Source: an uncultured Acidobacteriaceae bacterium
Lineage (GTDB): Bacteria > Acidobacteriota > Terriglobia > Terriglobales > Acidobacteriaceae
DNA: 64,000 bases
NCBI GenBank assembly: GCA_963838425.1
Contig: CAWIRH010000012.1
Span: 26,955 to 90,954, forward strand
Direction of reading: 5' to 3'
How positions within the stretch are numbered: the first letter of the stretch is position 1; each line of letters begins with the position of its first letter. The position numbers and the translations under genes were made by a program. The notes below the pieces were generated by a model that had not been told where the DNA came from, ran no database searches, and saw only the letters and a list, made by a program, of their open reading frames with translations. Shown one piece after another: positions 38,000 to 47,392 of the stretch.

Positions 38000-39526
38000 G
38001 TGCCCACTTCCAGCATTTCGTCTGCATCGGTCGCGAATCACGCCCGCCCGCACTCGTCGCGACGCATTGCCTGGTGGCTTTTTGCGGCATTCCAGTTTTT
38101 CTACCTGCTGACTTCCACCGGCCGAGTTCGTACGCCGGACGAGTACAACATTCTCTACACGACGGAGAGCCTGGTGCTGCGCGGGTCTACGGCTGTCCCA
38201 CAAGCTGTGGAGTTGCATAATTTCTACGGACGGCGAGATCTGAACGGCCAGCCGCGCGCGGCGTATCCACCGGGACAGGCTTTGCTTTGCACGCCCTGGT
38301 ATGCCCTGGGGCAGTATTTGCTGGCCCGATTACCGGGCGTGCCCGCCGACGATATCGATCTGGTGGTGGCGTTCTCTTCGTGCTTGAGCAGCGCGACTTT
38401 TTCGGCGCTGACCGTAGCTTTCTTTTTCCTGTTGCTGGGTGGGATCGGGGTTGGTGCGCGCACTTCCCTGTTTGCCGCGGCGATGGTGGGTCTGGGCACG
38501 CCGATCTTTGCCTATTCCGGGTGGCTGTTCTCGGAACCGTTGTCGGCTGCGATTTTTGCAGGAGTGGCGCTGCTGCTTTTCGGCCGTGGCCACGCCCCGA
38601 TTGCTTTGCGGACCGCGTCCATTGCGGGGCTGGTACTGGGAGTGGCCACGTTAGTGCGTCCAACCAACGTTCTTGCGATTCCTGTGTTTGCGCTGGCGGT
38701 GCTGGTGCGTGACGGAAAGCCTGCGCTGCGCGCCGCGTTTTTCTTGTGCGCGACATCGGGAATCGGAGTGATGGCTCTACTGGCGCGCAATGCGCTGTTG
38801 TTTGGCGGTCCGTTTCAGTTTGGATATCCGACGGCTGCAGAAGGCGCCAAGCGCCTGAATACTTTTGATACGCCGCTCGGGAAAGGCCTTTACGGATTCC
38901 TGTTGTCTCCCGGCAAGTCGGTATTTGTATTCGCGCCTCCGGTGATTCTGGCGCTGGCTGGACTCCGGCGCCTTTGGAAACTGGAGCGGGGCGCGGCGAC
39001 GGTGGCCATGATGTTTCCGTTGGTGTATCTCTTTTTCTTTGCCCGCTATACCCAGTGGGAAGGTGGGTATTGCGTGGGACCGAGGTATATGGTCCCGTCG
39101 ATCGTACTGCTGTCGCTGGCATTGGGGCCGATGCTCGGCGAAGACGCGGCGCCCTTCAGCGGGGCGAAAACAAACGCAGCGCGCATAAGAAAGATCGCTC
39201 TGCTGCTGCTCGTTCTGGGGGCGCTGGTTCAATGTGTCTCACTCGCCACGAGTTTTATGGAAGACCAAGTCCCGCGCGGGCGCTACTACGATGCCAACTG
39301 GACTTACCGGCTCTCGTACTCGCTGAGCGGGCAGATTCATTTGTTGTGGAAGTACCTGGGAAGCGGCGAACCGGCGCGTCTCGGGCTGGGATGGGATCGC
39401 TGGTTCGTGTTCCTGCACAAGGGCGGGGTGTCCGCTGCTACGCTCGCGGTTGTGGGTTTGGTCATGCTCGCGGGATTGGGAATCAGCCTGGCCGGGCTGG
39501 CTAGAAACGTTCGTCGCGTGAGTTAG
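38000..39526 (+). CDS. Polytopic GT-C-type membrane glycosyltransferase-like protein (PMT_2/ArnT-like)
   Basis: 508 aa with more than 10 predicted TM helices. The N-terminal loop is TSTGRVRTPDEYNILYTTESLV. GTG start. Family assignment is tentative. Confidence 0.6.
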   Translation: MPTSSISSASVANHARPHSSRRIAWWLFAAFQFFYLLTSTGRVRTPDEYNILYTTESLVLRGSTAVPQAVELHNFYGRRDLNGQPRAAYPPGQALLCTPWYALGQYLLARLPGVPADDIDLVVAFSSCLSSATFSALTVAFFFLLLGGIGVGARTSLFAAAMVGLGTPIFAYSGWLFSEPLSAAIFAGVALLLFGRGHAPIALRTASIAGLVLGVATLVRPTNVLAIPVFALAVLVRDGKPALRAAFFLCATSGIGVMALLARNALLFGGPFQFGYPTAAEGAKRLNTFDTPLGKGLYGFLLSPGKSVFVFAPPVILALAGLRRLWKLERGAATVAMMFPLVYLFFFARYTQWEGGYCVGPRYMVPSIVLLSLALGPMLGEDAAPFSGAKTNAARIRKIALLLLVLGALVQCVSLATSFMEDQVPRGRYYDANWTYRLSYSLSGQIHLLWKYLGSGEPARLGLGWDRWFVFLHKGGVSAATLAVVGLVMLAGLGISLAGLARNVRRVS

Positions 39527-39558
39527 GGTTTCGCCTTCACCGGAGCGCGCCGTAAGTT

Positions 39559-39699
39559 GCAGGCCGCGGAAAGAGTCATTTCCGCGTCGCAGTTTTGTCT
39601 CAGCGGCTAAAGTTGCCATTGATTTTGGGGCACCTATGGCGCGGCTGAAGCCGCGCCCCTTCAAAGCAACGTCAGGCCCCGAGTTTTTGCGCAGCCTGC
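39559..39699. repeat. MITE-like element, family A (141 bp), diverged copy
   Basis: TIRs GCAGGCCGCGGAAAGAGTC / GAGTTTTTGCGCAGCCTGC. Hairpin GGCGCGGC-TGAA-GCCGCGCC at 39648..39667. Confidence 0.7.
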
Positions 39700-39823
39700 A
39701 GGAAAGCGGAGCATCAAAACGCGCTGGCGGCGGGCGGTCTGCAGTTGGGGAGTACTTTTGGGGGTTGTCCGGCGGCGCGGCTCGTGCTAGAAACGCGTAT
39801 ATAGGAGTACGGAAGCGGCCTCC

Positions 39824-40183
39824 ATGAGCCTGCGCAAGAAAGCGACGAAGAACGCGCGCAACGCCGAAATCATGATTCCGGACAAGCTCTATTTCCGCAT
39901 CGGCGAAGTGGCCAGCTTGTGCCGTCTGCCCGCCTACGTGCTGCGGTTCTGGGAAACAGAATTTCCGCAGCTCCGGCCAGTAAAAAGCAGCACCGGGCAG
40001 CGCATGTACCGCAAGCGCGATGTGGAATCCGTGGTGCGCATTAAGAAACTGCTGTACGAAGACGGCTTCACCATCGCGGGTGCGCGGGTGCAGTTGCGCG
40101 AGGAAAACAAGTCCGGATCGGAGCCAGACCGCGCTTCCGTTTCCGGTGGGTCCTTCCGTGAATGTGGCGCACTTGCGGAATGA
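39824..40183 (+). CDS. MerR-family transcriptional regulator
   Basis: [66 protein letters not shown] is an HTH_MerR signature. Confidence 0.8.
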   Translation: MSLRKKATKNARNAEIMIPDKLYFRIGEVASLCRLPAYVLRFWETEFPQLRPVKSSTGQRMYRKRDVESVVRIKKLLYEDGFTIAGARVQLREENKSGSEPDRASVSGGSFRECGALAE

Positions 40184-40276
40184 ACTGCAGCAGATCCTGC
40201 ACATTCTTTCCGCACGCCACTAGAGTCGCCGGACTGCCGCTGGCCGCAAACGGGCGTCCTCGCTCGAAGAACTTTC

Positions 40277-40296
40277 GGCATCGCTAAAGCGATGCC
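40277..40296. repeat. Solo hairpin module GGCATCGC-TAAA-GCGATGCC followed by CTGATACGAA
   Basis: Same module as 51769..51788 (GGTATCGC-TAAA-GCGATACC followed by CTGATACGAA). Confidence 0.6.
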
Positions 40297-40342
40297 CTGA
40301 TACGAACCCCTAGTCTCTCCGCTGGATCAGTCCGGCAAATGT

Positions 40343-40369
40343 AAAAACGCGGGCCATGAAGAGCCCGCG
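40343..40369 (-). terminator. Rho-independent terminator of dps (CGCGGGC-8 nt-GCCCGCG followed by UUUUUA)
   Basis: Read on the minus strand, 29 nt after the stop at 40398. Confidence 0.7.
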
Positions 40370-40397
40370 TGCATTCCATCGCAAATCGATTTTTGTC

Positions 40398-41012
40398 TTA
40401 TGCCGATTGCCGCAGGGGCTCGGCTTCGACCAGTGGCGCATTGACCAGGTGTTCGCTCAGGAACCAGGCTTGCAGTTCGCTGGGGCGAAGGACATCACTC
40501 ACCACCAGATCGTTGGTGCCGGGGTCGCCTAGTTTGGTGGCCAACTCCGCGAGTTCACGGCAATAGGTGATGATGAGCTCGTGTGCGTCGAGCAGGCGAG
40601 ACAGTTGCGCGGGAACCTCTTCGCGGCCCTTGAGCGGACGCGGAATCCGGGTCAACTCGGCGACGTCGGCGGCCATGGCGATACTGACTCCGCCCAGAAG
40701 CTGGATGCGTTCCGCGATGGTGTCGACGATCTCGTTCTGTTCTCCGTAGTGCTTATCGTATAGAAGATGGAGTTGATAGAAAGTGGCTCCGGACACCTGC
40801 CAATGGGACTTCTTGTAGAGATCCCGAAGAGTGATGGTGTCGGCTAAGAGTTGATTGAGCCGCTCGGTTATTTCCAGCCGGATGGGTTCTTCCAATTGCA
40901 ACGGCATCACACTGTTTACGGTGCCAAAGGCCTGGAGTTCGCGGGCGGTCTGGTGGTAGCGGGGTTGCGCTGAAGCTTTGTGCGAATTGCTGGAGCTTGG
41001 TTTCTTAGGCAT
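40398..41012 (-). CDS. dps: Dps-family DNA protection / ferritin-like protein
   Basis: ATG at 41012 after AGGAGA. Contains LNQLLADTITLRDLYKKSHWQVSG..F.QLHLLYDKHYGEQNEIVDTIAERIQ. Confidence 0.85.
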   Translation of the reverse strand: MPKKPSSSNSHKASAQPRYHQTARELQAFGTVNSVMPLQLEEPIRLEITERLNQLLADTITLRDLYKKSHWQVSGATFYQLHLLYDKHYGEQNEIVDTIAERIQLLGGVSIAMAADVAELTRIPRPLKGREEVPAQLSRLLDAHELIITYCRELAELATKLGDPGTNDLVVSDVLRPSELQAWFLSEHLVNAPLVEAEPLRQSA

Positions 41013-41240
41013 CAAGTTCTCCTGTAAATAACGAATTTGGGGGCAAGCCAGAAGAGGAGGAGATTGCCAGAACAGTAAGGATGGCTCCGGTCCTGTTTGC
41101 CGGTTCAAGCCCATTGGATGCGGGCGGGCGGAAATAGATTCCGAGCCTCCCAAACGGGAACTCTGCCCCAAGGTACAGCGATCAAGGGTATGGCGATCGT
41201 GGTGGACAGCTTGGTGGACAGCAGTGTCAGTCCTGCACGC

Positions 41241-41537
41241 TCAGTCGGCCGAGCTGCGCCGGACGCTGTGTACCTCAGTGAGGAAGTCGACTCGAGGCTG
41301 GCCCTTGACACCTGCACTCGCCATTTTGGCTTTGAGTTCGTCGGAGGCGATGAATGCGCGCGCCTTCTCCAGACTCTCCCATTCGAAGAAAAGTGTAAGG
41401 TCGTTGGCGTTTCCAGCACTGCGGAAAATACGGCAACCGCACTCGCCGTATTTGCGTCGAAAGTCGAAGGCGGAATCGAACGCCGCTTTCCAAGCTGTAA
41501 AGTCGGCGACCTCGTGGCGGATGAGAAGGTTGATCAT
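41241..41537 (-). CDS. Small dimeric alpha/beta-barrel (ABM/cyclase-like) protein
   Basis: 98 aa. MINLLIRHEVADFTAWKAAFD...LTLFFEWESLEKARAFIASDEL resembles the ABM-like fold family. Tentative. Confidence 0.5.
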   Translation of the reverse strand: MINLLIRHEVADFTAWKAAFDSAFDFRRKYGECGCRIFRSAGNANDLTLFFEWESLEKARAFIASDELKAKMASAGVKGQPRVDFLTEVHSVRRSSAD

Positions 41538-42139
41538 GATGTCGGGGGCACTCCTTTCGCACTAAAAACGTTGCTCCAAACGCAGGAAAAATGCAAGGGC
41601 GGGGATCACAGAGGGCTGGGCTTGCAGAGGTAAACGGCCGGCCCGAGCGGACGATTTTCGACCTTTTCTGCAAGACTGACGGGCCGGCAACGTGCCGAAC
41701 CCGGCCCAGTGATTGCTCCGCCTTCTACCTAATGATTGTAAGAGCAATCGCCGACGGGGAGCGACCTGCGGTTTCCCAACTGCTGCTAAGAACAGATGCA
41801 GACGCCCTGGCTTCGACGTTCAGACGCTCTGGCCGGTCCATCCTGCTTCCAGCGACAATCACGGAAATCTGTGATTGAGATCACCGTGACCGCGGTAGAC
41901 TTGGGATACACTTTTTGACCGGCGGATTCTAGAGCCCGCGGTAGATTGCCATCCGTCTGTTTCGTCCAGGGCTGAACCAGCACGGCAAGAACGTTGACGT
42001 AAAACAAGGCTCTGCTCTCACTGCCAATGTGGACTGAGGACATGGCCTTGCAGCGTACGGGAACCGTATGGACTGATCGCCATCCGAACCCAGGCATACA
42101 CAGGCGAGTCCCCTCCGTCACTCGCTGCGGAGGTACAAC

Positions 42140-42679
42140 ATGAATCTCCAATTGCGGATCTTTCTGCGGTTTTGGGGGATCTGTGTGTTTGTGCTCGGCA
42201 TTTGCGGGTTTCTCTGCCCGCAGTCGTCCCCAGCGTCCAGCGGCGCCACAGACAATCCGGTGACCGTGTTTGTCTTCGTGCAACGGACCAAGGCGCATAT
42301 TAATTACAGCAAGCCGGACGTGTTTCACAGAGTGGTGGATGATGTGTACTCCTACCTGGCAACCAAGCATGTGGCGCTCGCCAAGGACGAGTTCGGTGGC
42401 CGGACCCACGCCGAGGAGGAGATGCCGATATCCACGGTGCTGAACATCGCGCGCGGTGCCAACGCCACTTACGTGCTATACCTGATCGTGGACCGGCCCA
42501 TTACAGAATGGATCAAAGTCACGGTGCGCTGCTATAACCTCTCGCTGCCATCATCAGCGGCAGGCCGGGTTGCCCCAGCCGTCGGCGATGCCCAGGCAGC
42601 GGACACCCAGCCGGTTGAGCGTAAGAATACGCTCGATATCTCCACTATCGACCTCGCACAATTGCAAGCTGTAGTTTGA
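42140..42679 (+). CDS. Hypothetical secreted protein
   Basis: GGAGG 6 nt upstream. The N-terminus is hydrophobic. I recognise no motif. Preferred over the overlapping antisense ORF 41786..42409. Confidence 0.5.
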   Translation: MNLQLRIFLRFWGICVFVLGICGFLCPQSSPASSGATDNPVTVFVFVQRTKAHINYSKPDVFHRVVDDVYSYLATKHVALAKDEFGGRTHAEEEMPISTVLNIARGANATYVLYLIVDRPITEWIKVTVRCYNLSLPSSAAGRVAPAVGDAQAADTQPVERKNTLDISTIDLAQLQAVV

Positions 42680-42814
42680 CTTCACTGCACTTGTAACAAG
42701 CTGAACGAGGATAGTTGATGTGACCAGGCGATTCACCAACTATCCAACAGATCAGTTCAAAATTGTGGGATGGGCGTGCCTGCCAAATTCTGAGATCAAG
42801 GGCTCAATTTGAAA

Positions 42815-42891
42815 TGGTCGGGACGGCGAGATTTGAACTCGCGACCCCTTGCACCCCAAGCAAGTGCGCTACCAGGCTGCGCTACGTCCCG
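42815..42891 (-). tRNA. tRNA-Pro (anticodon GGG), CCA encoded
   Basis: The reverse complement is CGGGACGTAGCGCAGCCTGGTAGCGCACTTGCTTGGGGTGCAAGGGGTCGCGAGTTCAAATCTCGCCGTCCCGACCA. All four cloverleaf stems pair, and the anticodon loop is TTGGGGT. Confidence 0.93.
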
Positions 42892-42972
42892 ATGGAATCC
42901 GCTGCCGAAGATGACAGCGTGGGGTTTGACTTTCAAATTCTACACCAGGCGGCAGCTACGGGATAGGACGGC

Positions 42973-43000
42973 GTTCGGCATACGAGGTTCGGCGTACGAG
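42973..43000. repeat. 2 x 14-nt tandem duplication GTTCGGC(A/G)TACGAG
   Basis: Read directly, in the tRNA-Pro / dksA intergenic region. Confidence 0.8.
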
Positions 43001-43190
43001 CGACATCCTTCATGAATTGACATCAAATCAAGCGCAGCGAGGGGCTGCATTTTGCGGCATGACTGAAGTCACACAGTAGATTTCACCCCCCGCGTCCTCC
43101 AGTTGACGCGCGATCTCTCCCGCGCTTAGGATACTTGTTTGACTTTATGCGCGATGGGGAGCCTGTGAGGCGCGACTTATGCTTCACGGA

Positions 43191-43216
43191 AGGCAGCAAT
43201 CGCAGGCAGCAATCAT
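43191..43216. repeat. 2 x 13-nt tandem duplication AGGCAGCAATC(GC/AT) running into the dksA start codon
   Basis: Read directly. The second unit ends in the A and T of ATG 43215. Confidence 0.8.
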
Positions 43217-43580
43217 GGATAAGAAGAAACTAGAGACATTCAGAAAAAGACTGGAAACCCGGCGCAACGAGCTGCGCCACATGGTTGTCCGCAATCAGCA
43301 GGATGGTCGTACCGCCGACGATGAGGCGACGCAGGATGTCGCCGATCGCGCCGCCAGTTCCTATAACAAGGAATTCCTCTTCAGCCAGAGCAACAACGAC
43401 CGCCAGTTGCTCAATATGGTCGATGGCGCACTGGCCCGCATTCGCGAAGGCAGCTTCGGAGAATGCGTTTCTTGCGGCAAAGAGATCAACGCCAAGCGCC
43501 TCGAAGCCGTGCCCTGGACCCGGCATTGCATCGCGTGCCAGGAAAAAGCCGAGAAGGGTCTGCTGGAAACCGCGCAATAG
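43215..43580 (+). CDS. dksA: DksA/TraR-family C4 zinc-finger transcription factor
   Basis: Coiled-coil N-terminus and the motif CVSCGKEINAKRLEAVPWTRHCIAC. The likely start is MDKKKLE. Confidence 0.85.
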   Translation: MDKKKLETFRKRLETRRNELRHMVVRNQQDGRTADDEATQDVADRAASSYNKEFLFSQSNNDRQLLNMVDGALARIREGSFGECVSCGKEINAKRLEAVPWTRHCIACQEKAEKGLLETAQ

Positions 43581-43720
43581 TTTTTTGTGGGGCGCGGACA
43601 CTCCTGTCCGCTGCCTTTACCAACAGCTTGGTCTTGCGCCGGCGTTTGCTTTGACGCTCTGGAAATCGGCCTGTTAGACTAAACAATTGTCATCCTACCT
43701 TTAAGCGAAGAAGGAAGCCC

Positions 43721-44449
43721 GTGCGCGCAGAAACCCGGCATCAACTGAAACAAGACCGTTTCAGCAAGGTCACGCTCGAAGCGGCGGAGAAGACCGCCAA
43801 CTGGAGCGCGGAGCACCAGTCGAAAATCATTGCCGCTGTGATTGCGGTTGTGGTCATCGGAGCGATCGCGTTTGGCGGCTGGTACTACGTCAACTCGCAG
43901 GACGAGAAGGCGAGCGCCGAGTTTTCGACGGCGGTCCGCACCTTTGAAACGCCGGTGCGTCCGGCAGGCGTGCCCGCGCAACCGGGTTACGACAGCTTCG
44001 CGTCGACCGCGGAGCGTGCCACGGCAGCGCGCAAGCAGTTCCAGGCCATCGTCGATAAATATCCGCGCACCCACACTGCCGACATGGCGCGCTATTTTGT
44101 GGGATTGGCCTCGGCGCAGCTTAACGACAACCCGGCAGCGGAGCGCAGTCTGCAGGAGGCGGCCGGCTCTTCGAACGCCGACCTTGCGGCGTTGGGCAAA
44201 TTTGCGCTGGCTTCGGTTTATCGCACGGAGAATAAGGACACGCAAGCGGTGGATCTTTATAAGCAGTTGATCGATAAGCCTACGCTCGTCGTCAGCAAGG
44301 CGACGGCGCAGCTCGAACTCGCCGGGTTCTACGAGTCACGGCAAAAGCCGGACGAAGCCAAGAAGATTTACGACCAGGTGGAAAAGGAAAATCCAGCCTC
44401 TGAGGCGGCGTCGCTGGCGCAGCGGCGAGCCGCGGCTCTTAAACAGTAG
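43721..44449 (+). CDS. Membrane-anchored TPR-like protein (YfgM-like)
   Basis: N-terminal RHQLKQDRF, a single TM helix, then TPR-like helices. 242 aa. Confidence 0.65.
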   Translation: MRAETRHQLKQDRFSKVTLEAAEKTANWSAEHQSKIIAAVIAVVVIGAIAFGGWYYVNSQDEKASAEFSTAVRTFETPVRPAGVPAQPGYDSFASTAERATAARKQFQAIVDKYPRTHTADMARYFVGLASAQLNDNPAAERSLQEAAGSSNADLAALGKFALASVYRTENKDTQAVDLYKQLIDKPTLVVSKATAQLELAGFYESRQKPDEAKKIYDQVEKENPASEAASLAQRRAAALKQ

Positions 44450-44503
44450 TCCGCGAAGCGTTGGTGGAGAGTCGGGCGTCCGCGCCCCGCCACCAAACTG
44501 CCG

Positions 44504-44522
44504 GACGGGCGAGACGCCCGTC
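44504..44522. repeat. GC-rich hairpin repeat GACGGGCG-AGA-CGCCCGTC
   Basis: Adjacent to a second hairpin (44462..44495), in a convergent intergenic region. Confidence 0.55.
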
Positions 44523-44555
44523 GCTCCATTGTCTGACTTGTCGAGAGATTGCTTC

Positions 44556-45704
44556 TCAAGTCGCACTTCGAGAGGCGATGCGACGCAGGCATGCGATGAG
44601 GCGCTCGCCGTCCTCGACCGTGTTGTAGACGTGCGGCGTCACTCGAATCGAACTTCCGCGGACGCTGACGAACACTTTCTCTCTCGCGAGCATTTCGGGA
44701 AGTTGCTTCGGGATCGCCTCTTTTCTCCGCAGCGCCAGGTAGTGAGGCGCGCGCAACGGTTCGGCAGGCGCGGAAAATCCCAAGTCCGCTGCCGCCTCGG
44801 CCAGTTGACGATTAAGCGCGCCGGCGGTCTCGGAGATCTGCGCTACTCCCCAATCCAGCAACTGCTTCATGGCACGCACGGCGGCGGGCAGCAGCGCGAA
44901 GTTGGAGCGCTCGCCCATGTCGAAGCGCCGCGCGCCCGCGTCGTAGTTTTCCGTATAGAGGATGAGGGTCGAGAAATCGCGGGCGTTGGCGCGCTGAATC
45001 CAATTCTCTTCGAGCGGCATTCCGCCGTGCCATTTTGGAGCGACATAGAGAAACCCGACGGAATAGGGGCCGAGCAGCCATTTGTAGCTGGCGGCGACGG
45101 CGAAATCCGGCTGCACGTCGCGCACGCTAAATGGAAGCGCGCCAAGCGACTGGGTGAGATCGAGAACCAGCGCAGTTCCGAGCTTTCGGCAAGCTTCGCC
45201 GATGCGGACCAGGTCGAGTCTTCCGCCGCTCGTCCACTGCACGTGCGGGAGCGCGGCGATGGCCACGTCGGCGGTCAGGGAAATGAGCACAGCGGCGGTC
45301 CAATCATCATCCTCAGGCCAGGGAACGACTTTCAGCGCAGCGCCGGTTCCTTCCGCCCGCCGCTGCCACGGATAGTAGTTGGACGGGAACTGATCCGCGA
45401 GTACGAGAATGCTCTGGCCTTTCTTGACCGGCAGATTTCGCGCGGCGGTGGCGATGCCGTAGCTGGCCGAGGGAACGATGGCGATGCAGTCGGCGGAACC
45501 GTCGATGAGCTGCGCGGCGGTGGCGCGGAACTCGTCGGAGCCGGTAAAGAATTTGTCGGGAGTGAGTTCCCACGGATGCGCTTTGCGGGCGAGCCCCGCG
45601 GTTCCGGCTTCTAACACCGGCTTCATCAGCGGCGACATGTAGGCGCAATTCAGGTAGGCGACATCGTCGGGGATATCGAAGAGATGGCGCTGGCAGGGAA
45701 TCAT
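44556..45704 (-). CDS. Class V aminotransferase-fold PLP-dependent enzyme
   Basis: 382 aa. AASYKWLLGPYSVGFLYV carries the PLP-lysine context. The family-level call rests on overall similarity, from memory. Confidence 0.7.
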   Translation of the reverse strand: MIPCQRHLFDIPDDVAYLNCAYMSPLMKPVLEAGTAGLARKAHPWELTPDKFFTGSDEFRATAAQLIDGSADCIAIVPSASYGIATAARNLPVKKGQSILVLADQFPSNYYPWQRRAEGTGAALKVVPWPEDDDWTAAVLISLTADVAIAALPHVQWTSGGRLDLVRIGEACRKLGTALVLDLTQSLGALPFSVRDVQPDFAVAASYKWLLGPYSVGFLYVAPKWHGGMPLEENWIQRANARDFSTLILYTENYDAGARRFDMGERSNFALLPAAVRAMKQLLDWGVAQISETAGALNRQLAEAAADLGFSAPAEPLRAPHYLALRRKEAIPKQLPEMLAREKVFVSVRGSSIRVTPHVYNTVEDGERLIACLRRIASRSAT

Positions 45705-45769
45705 GGGCTAGTCTTTTGTTGGATCGATCAGTGGCCATCAGTATAGCAATGGGGAAGGGACTGCCGGCG

Positions 45770-46942
45770 ATGAGTCGAGTAAGAATCTGTCGAGTGAAAT
45801 TGGGGGTCGCAACCCTATTATTGGCTGGTCTTGTGGCAGGTTGCGCGATGGCGCAGACTGGCGCGGCCGCGAGCGCCAAAGCTTCGCTGGCATTCTCGCG
45901 GGCGGAAAAGTTGAAGCGGGGAATCAACGCCAGTGAGTGGTTCGCGCAGGTGTATGACAAGCGCGGCTACACGCCGGAACATTTTCAGGCGTGGACGACG
46001 GCCGAGGATATCGCGCTGATCAAGTCGATGGGCTTCGATCACGTGCGGTTGAGCGTAAATCCGCAGCCGATGTTTACGGCGGGCGAGCCGAACAAAATTC
46101 CAGCGGAATACCTGGGCCATCTGGATGCGGCGGTGAAGATGATTCTCGACCACGGGCTGGCGGTTGTGATCGATCTGCATCCGGAGAGCGACTTCAAGGC
46201 GCGTTTGGCGAAGGATGATGATTTTGTCGAGCGGTTTGCCGACTTCTGGCGAGCGCTGGCCGCGCATTACTCGGCATTGGATTGGATGCGGACCGCGTGT
46301 TTCTGGAAATTCTGAATGAGCCGGAGTTCACCGACCGCTATCGCTGGCTGGGTGTGCAAGCGAAGCTGGCGGCGGCGATCCGGGAGGGCGCGCCAGCGAC
46401 ACACGATCATCGCGGCGGGCGCGCGCTGGTCGAATGACGACGAGCTGGTCTTCCAGGAACCGCTGCGCGATCCGAATATCATTTACAACTTTCACTTTTA
46501 TGAGCCGTACATCTTCACGCATCAGGGCGCGACTTGGAGCGCGTATTACTGGCACTGGCTGCGGGGCGTGAGATATCCGTCGACGGCGGAGTCGGCGGAG
46601 CGCGCGGCGGCGCTGGCGCCAAGTGAAGTGGACCGGTTGCAGGTGATCCGCTATGGGCGCGAGCACTGGGACGCCGCACGGATTGAATCCGAAATGAAGC
46701 AGGCAGCGGAGTGGGCGCGGCGGCGCGGGGTTCCGCTGGTGTGCAACGAGTTTGGCGTATATCGAGAGTATTCCGATCCCGAGGACCGCGCCGCGTGGTT
46801 GCACGATGTAAGAACCGCTCTCGAGCGCAACGGGATTGGGTGGGCGATGTGGGACTACTCGGGATCATTTGGCGTGGTCACGAAGAAAGATGGGAAGGCG
46901 GTGGTGGATGAGGGCGTGCTGCGGGCGCTGGGGATGAAGTGA
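45770..46942 (+). pseudogene. Glycoside hydrolase family 5 (cellulase-like) lipoprotein, disrupted by +5 and +1 indels
   Basis: LVAGC lipobox. The catalytic VFLEILNEPEF block is encoded in frame 1 between a TGGAT-TGGAT duplication (46278..46287) and an extra base near 46399. Frame 2 is used on both sides, and the second catalytic region is PLVCNEFG. Confidence 0.8.
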
Positions 46943-46963
46943 GGTAATGCAGACCAGCCGGGA

Positions 46964-47392
46964 TTAGGAATTCAGAAGCGCCCTGAGTCTGTTGGCAAGA
47001 AGCAACATCTCCTGCAAATCCGCTTCCAGCGATTCGGCACTGGAGATGGGCATGGCGCCGTATCCGCGGATTCGGACGGGCCGGCTGTCCTCCAAAGCCA
47101 CCCATATCTGGGATACGTCCGCTGCCAGGATGCGACGGAGGTTTTTCTTTGAGGGCTGGAGATCATACTTTCGCACAAAAGAAGCGATGAGCGCCTGAAG
47201 TTGAAGCAGACTCGCCCTGGCCTGTTCACTTTCACTTTCAGTAACGGAGCCCTCGATGACCTTCATTGCGGTTGGCGAATTCCGGTCCTCCAAGAGATCG
47301 AGTATACGAACGGCTGCGGCATCGACCACCAGCATGCCGCTCGCGATGACTCTACGATGATTGTCAGTGAGCCCATCATCCATGAGTGGCAC
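46964..47392 (-). CDS. Hypothetical 142-aa protein, third gene of the dynamin-AAA operon
   Basis: Overlaps the upstream gene by 17 nt. I recognise no motif. Confidence 0.55.
   Translation of the reverse strand: MPLMDDGLTDNHRRVIASGMLVVDAAAVRILDLLEDRNSPTAMKVIEGSVTESESEQARASLLQLQALIASFVRKYDLQPSKKNLRRILAADVSQIWVALEDSRPVRIRGYGAMPISSAESLEADLQEMLLLANRLRALLNS

Noticed and set aside
41786-42409. 207-aa minus-strand ORF
   Set aside because: It overlaps the plus-strand ORF 42140..42679, which has a GGAGG RBS and a signal-peptide-like N-terminus. The minus-strand product has no start context and an odd composition. Neither ORF is strongly supported.
41540-42891. Integrated prophage or genomic island at tRNA-Pro
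   Set aside because: There is no integrase, no phage genes and no direct repeat of the tRNA 3' end that I could see. I kept it only as a low-interest note.
42763-43015. ORFs 42763..42966 and 42809..43015 (plus strand)
   Set aside because: They overlap the tRNA-Pro gene on the opposite strand, and their translations are tRNA-derived nonsense.
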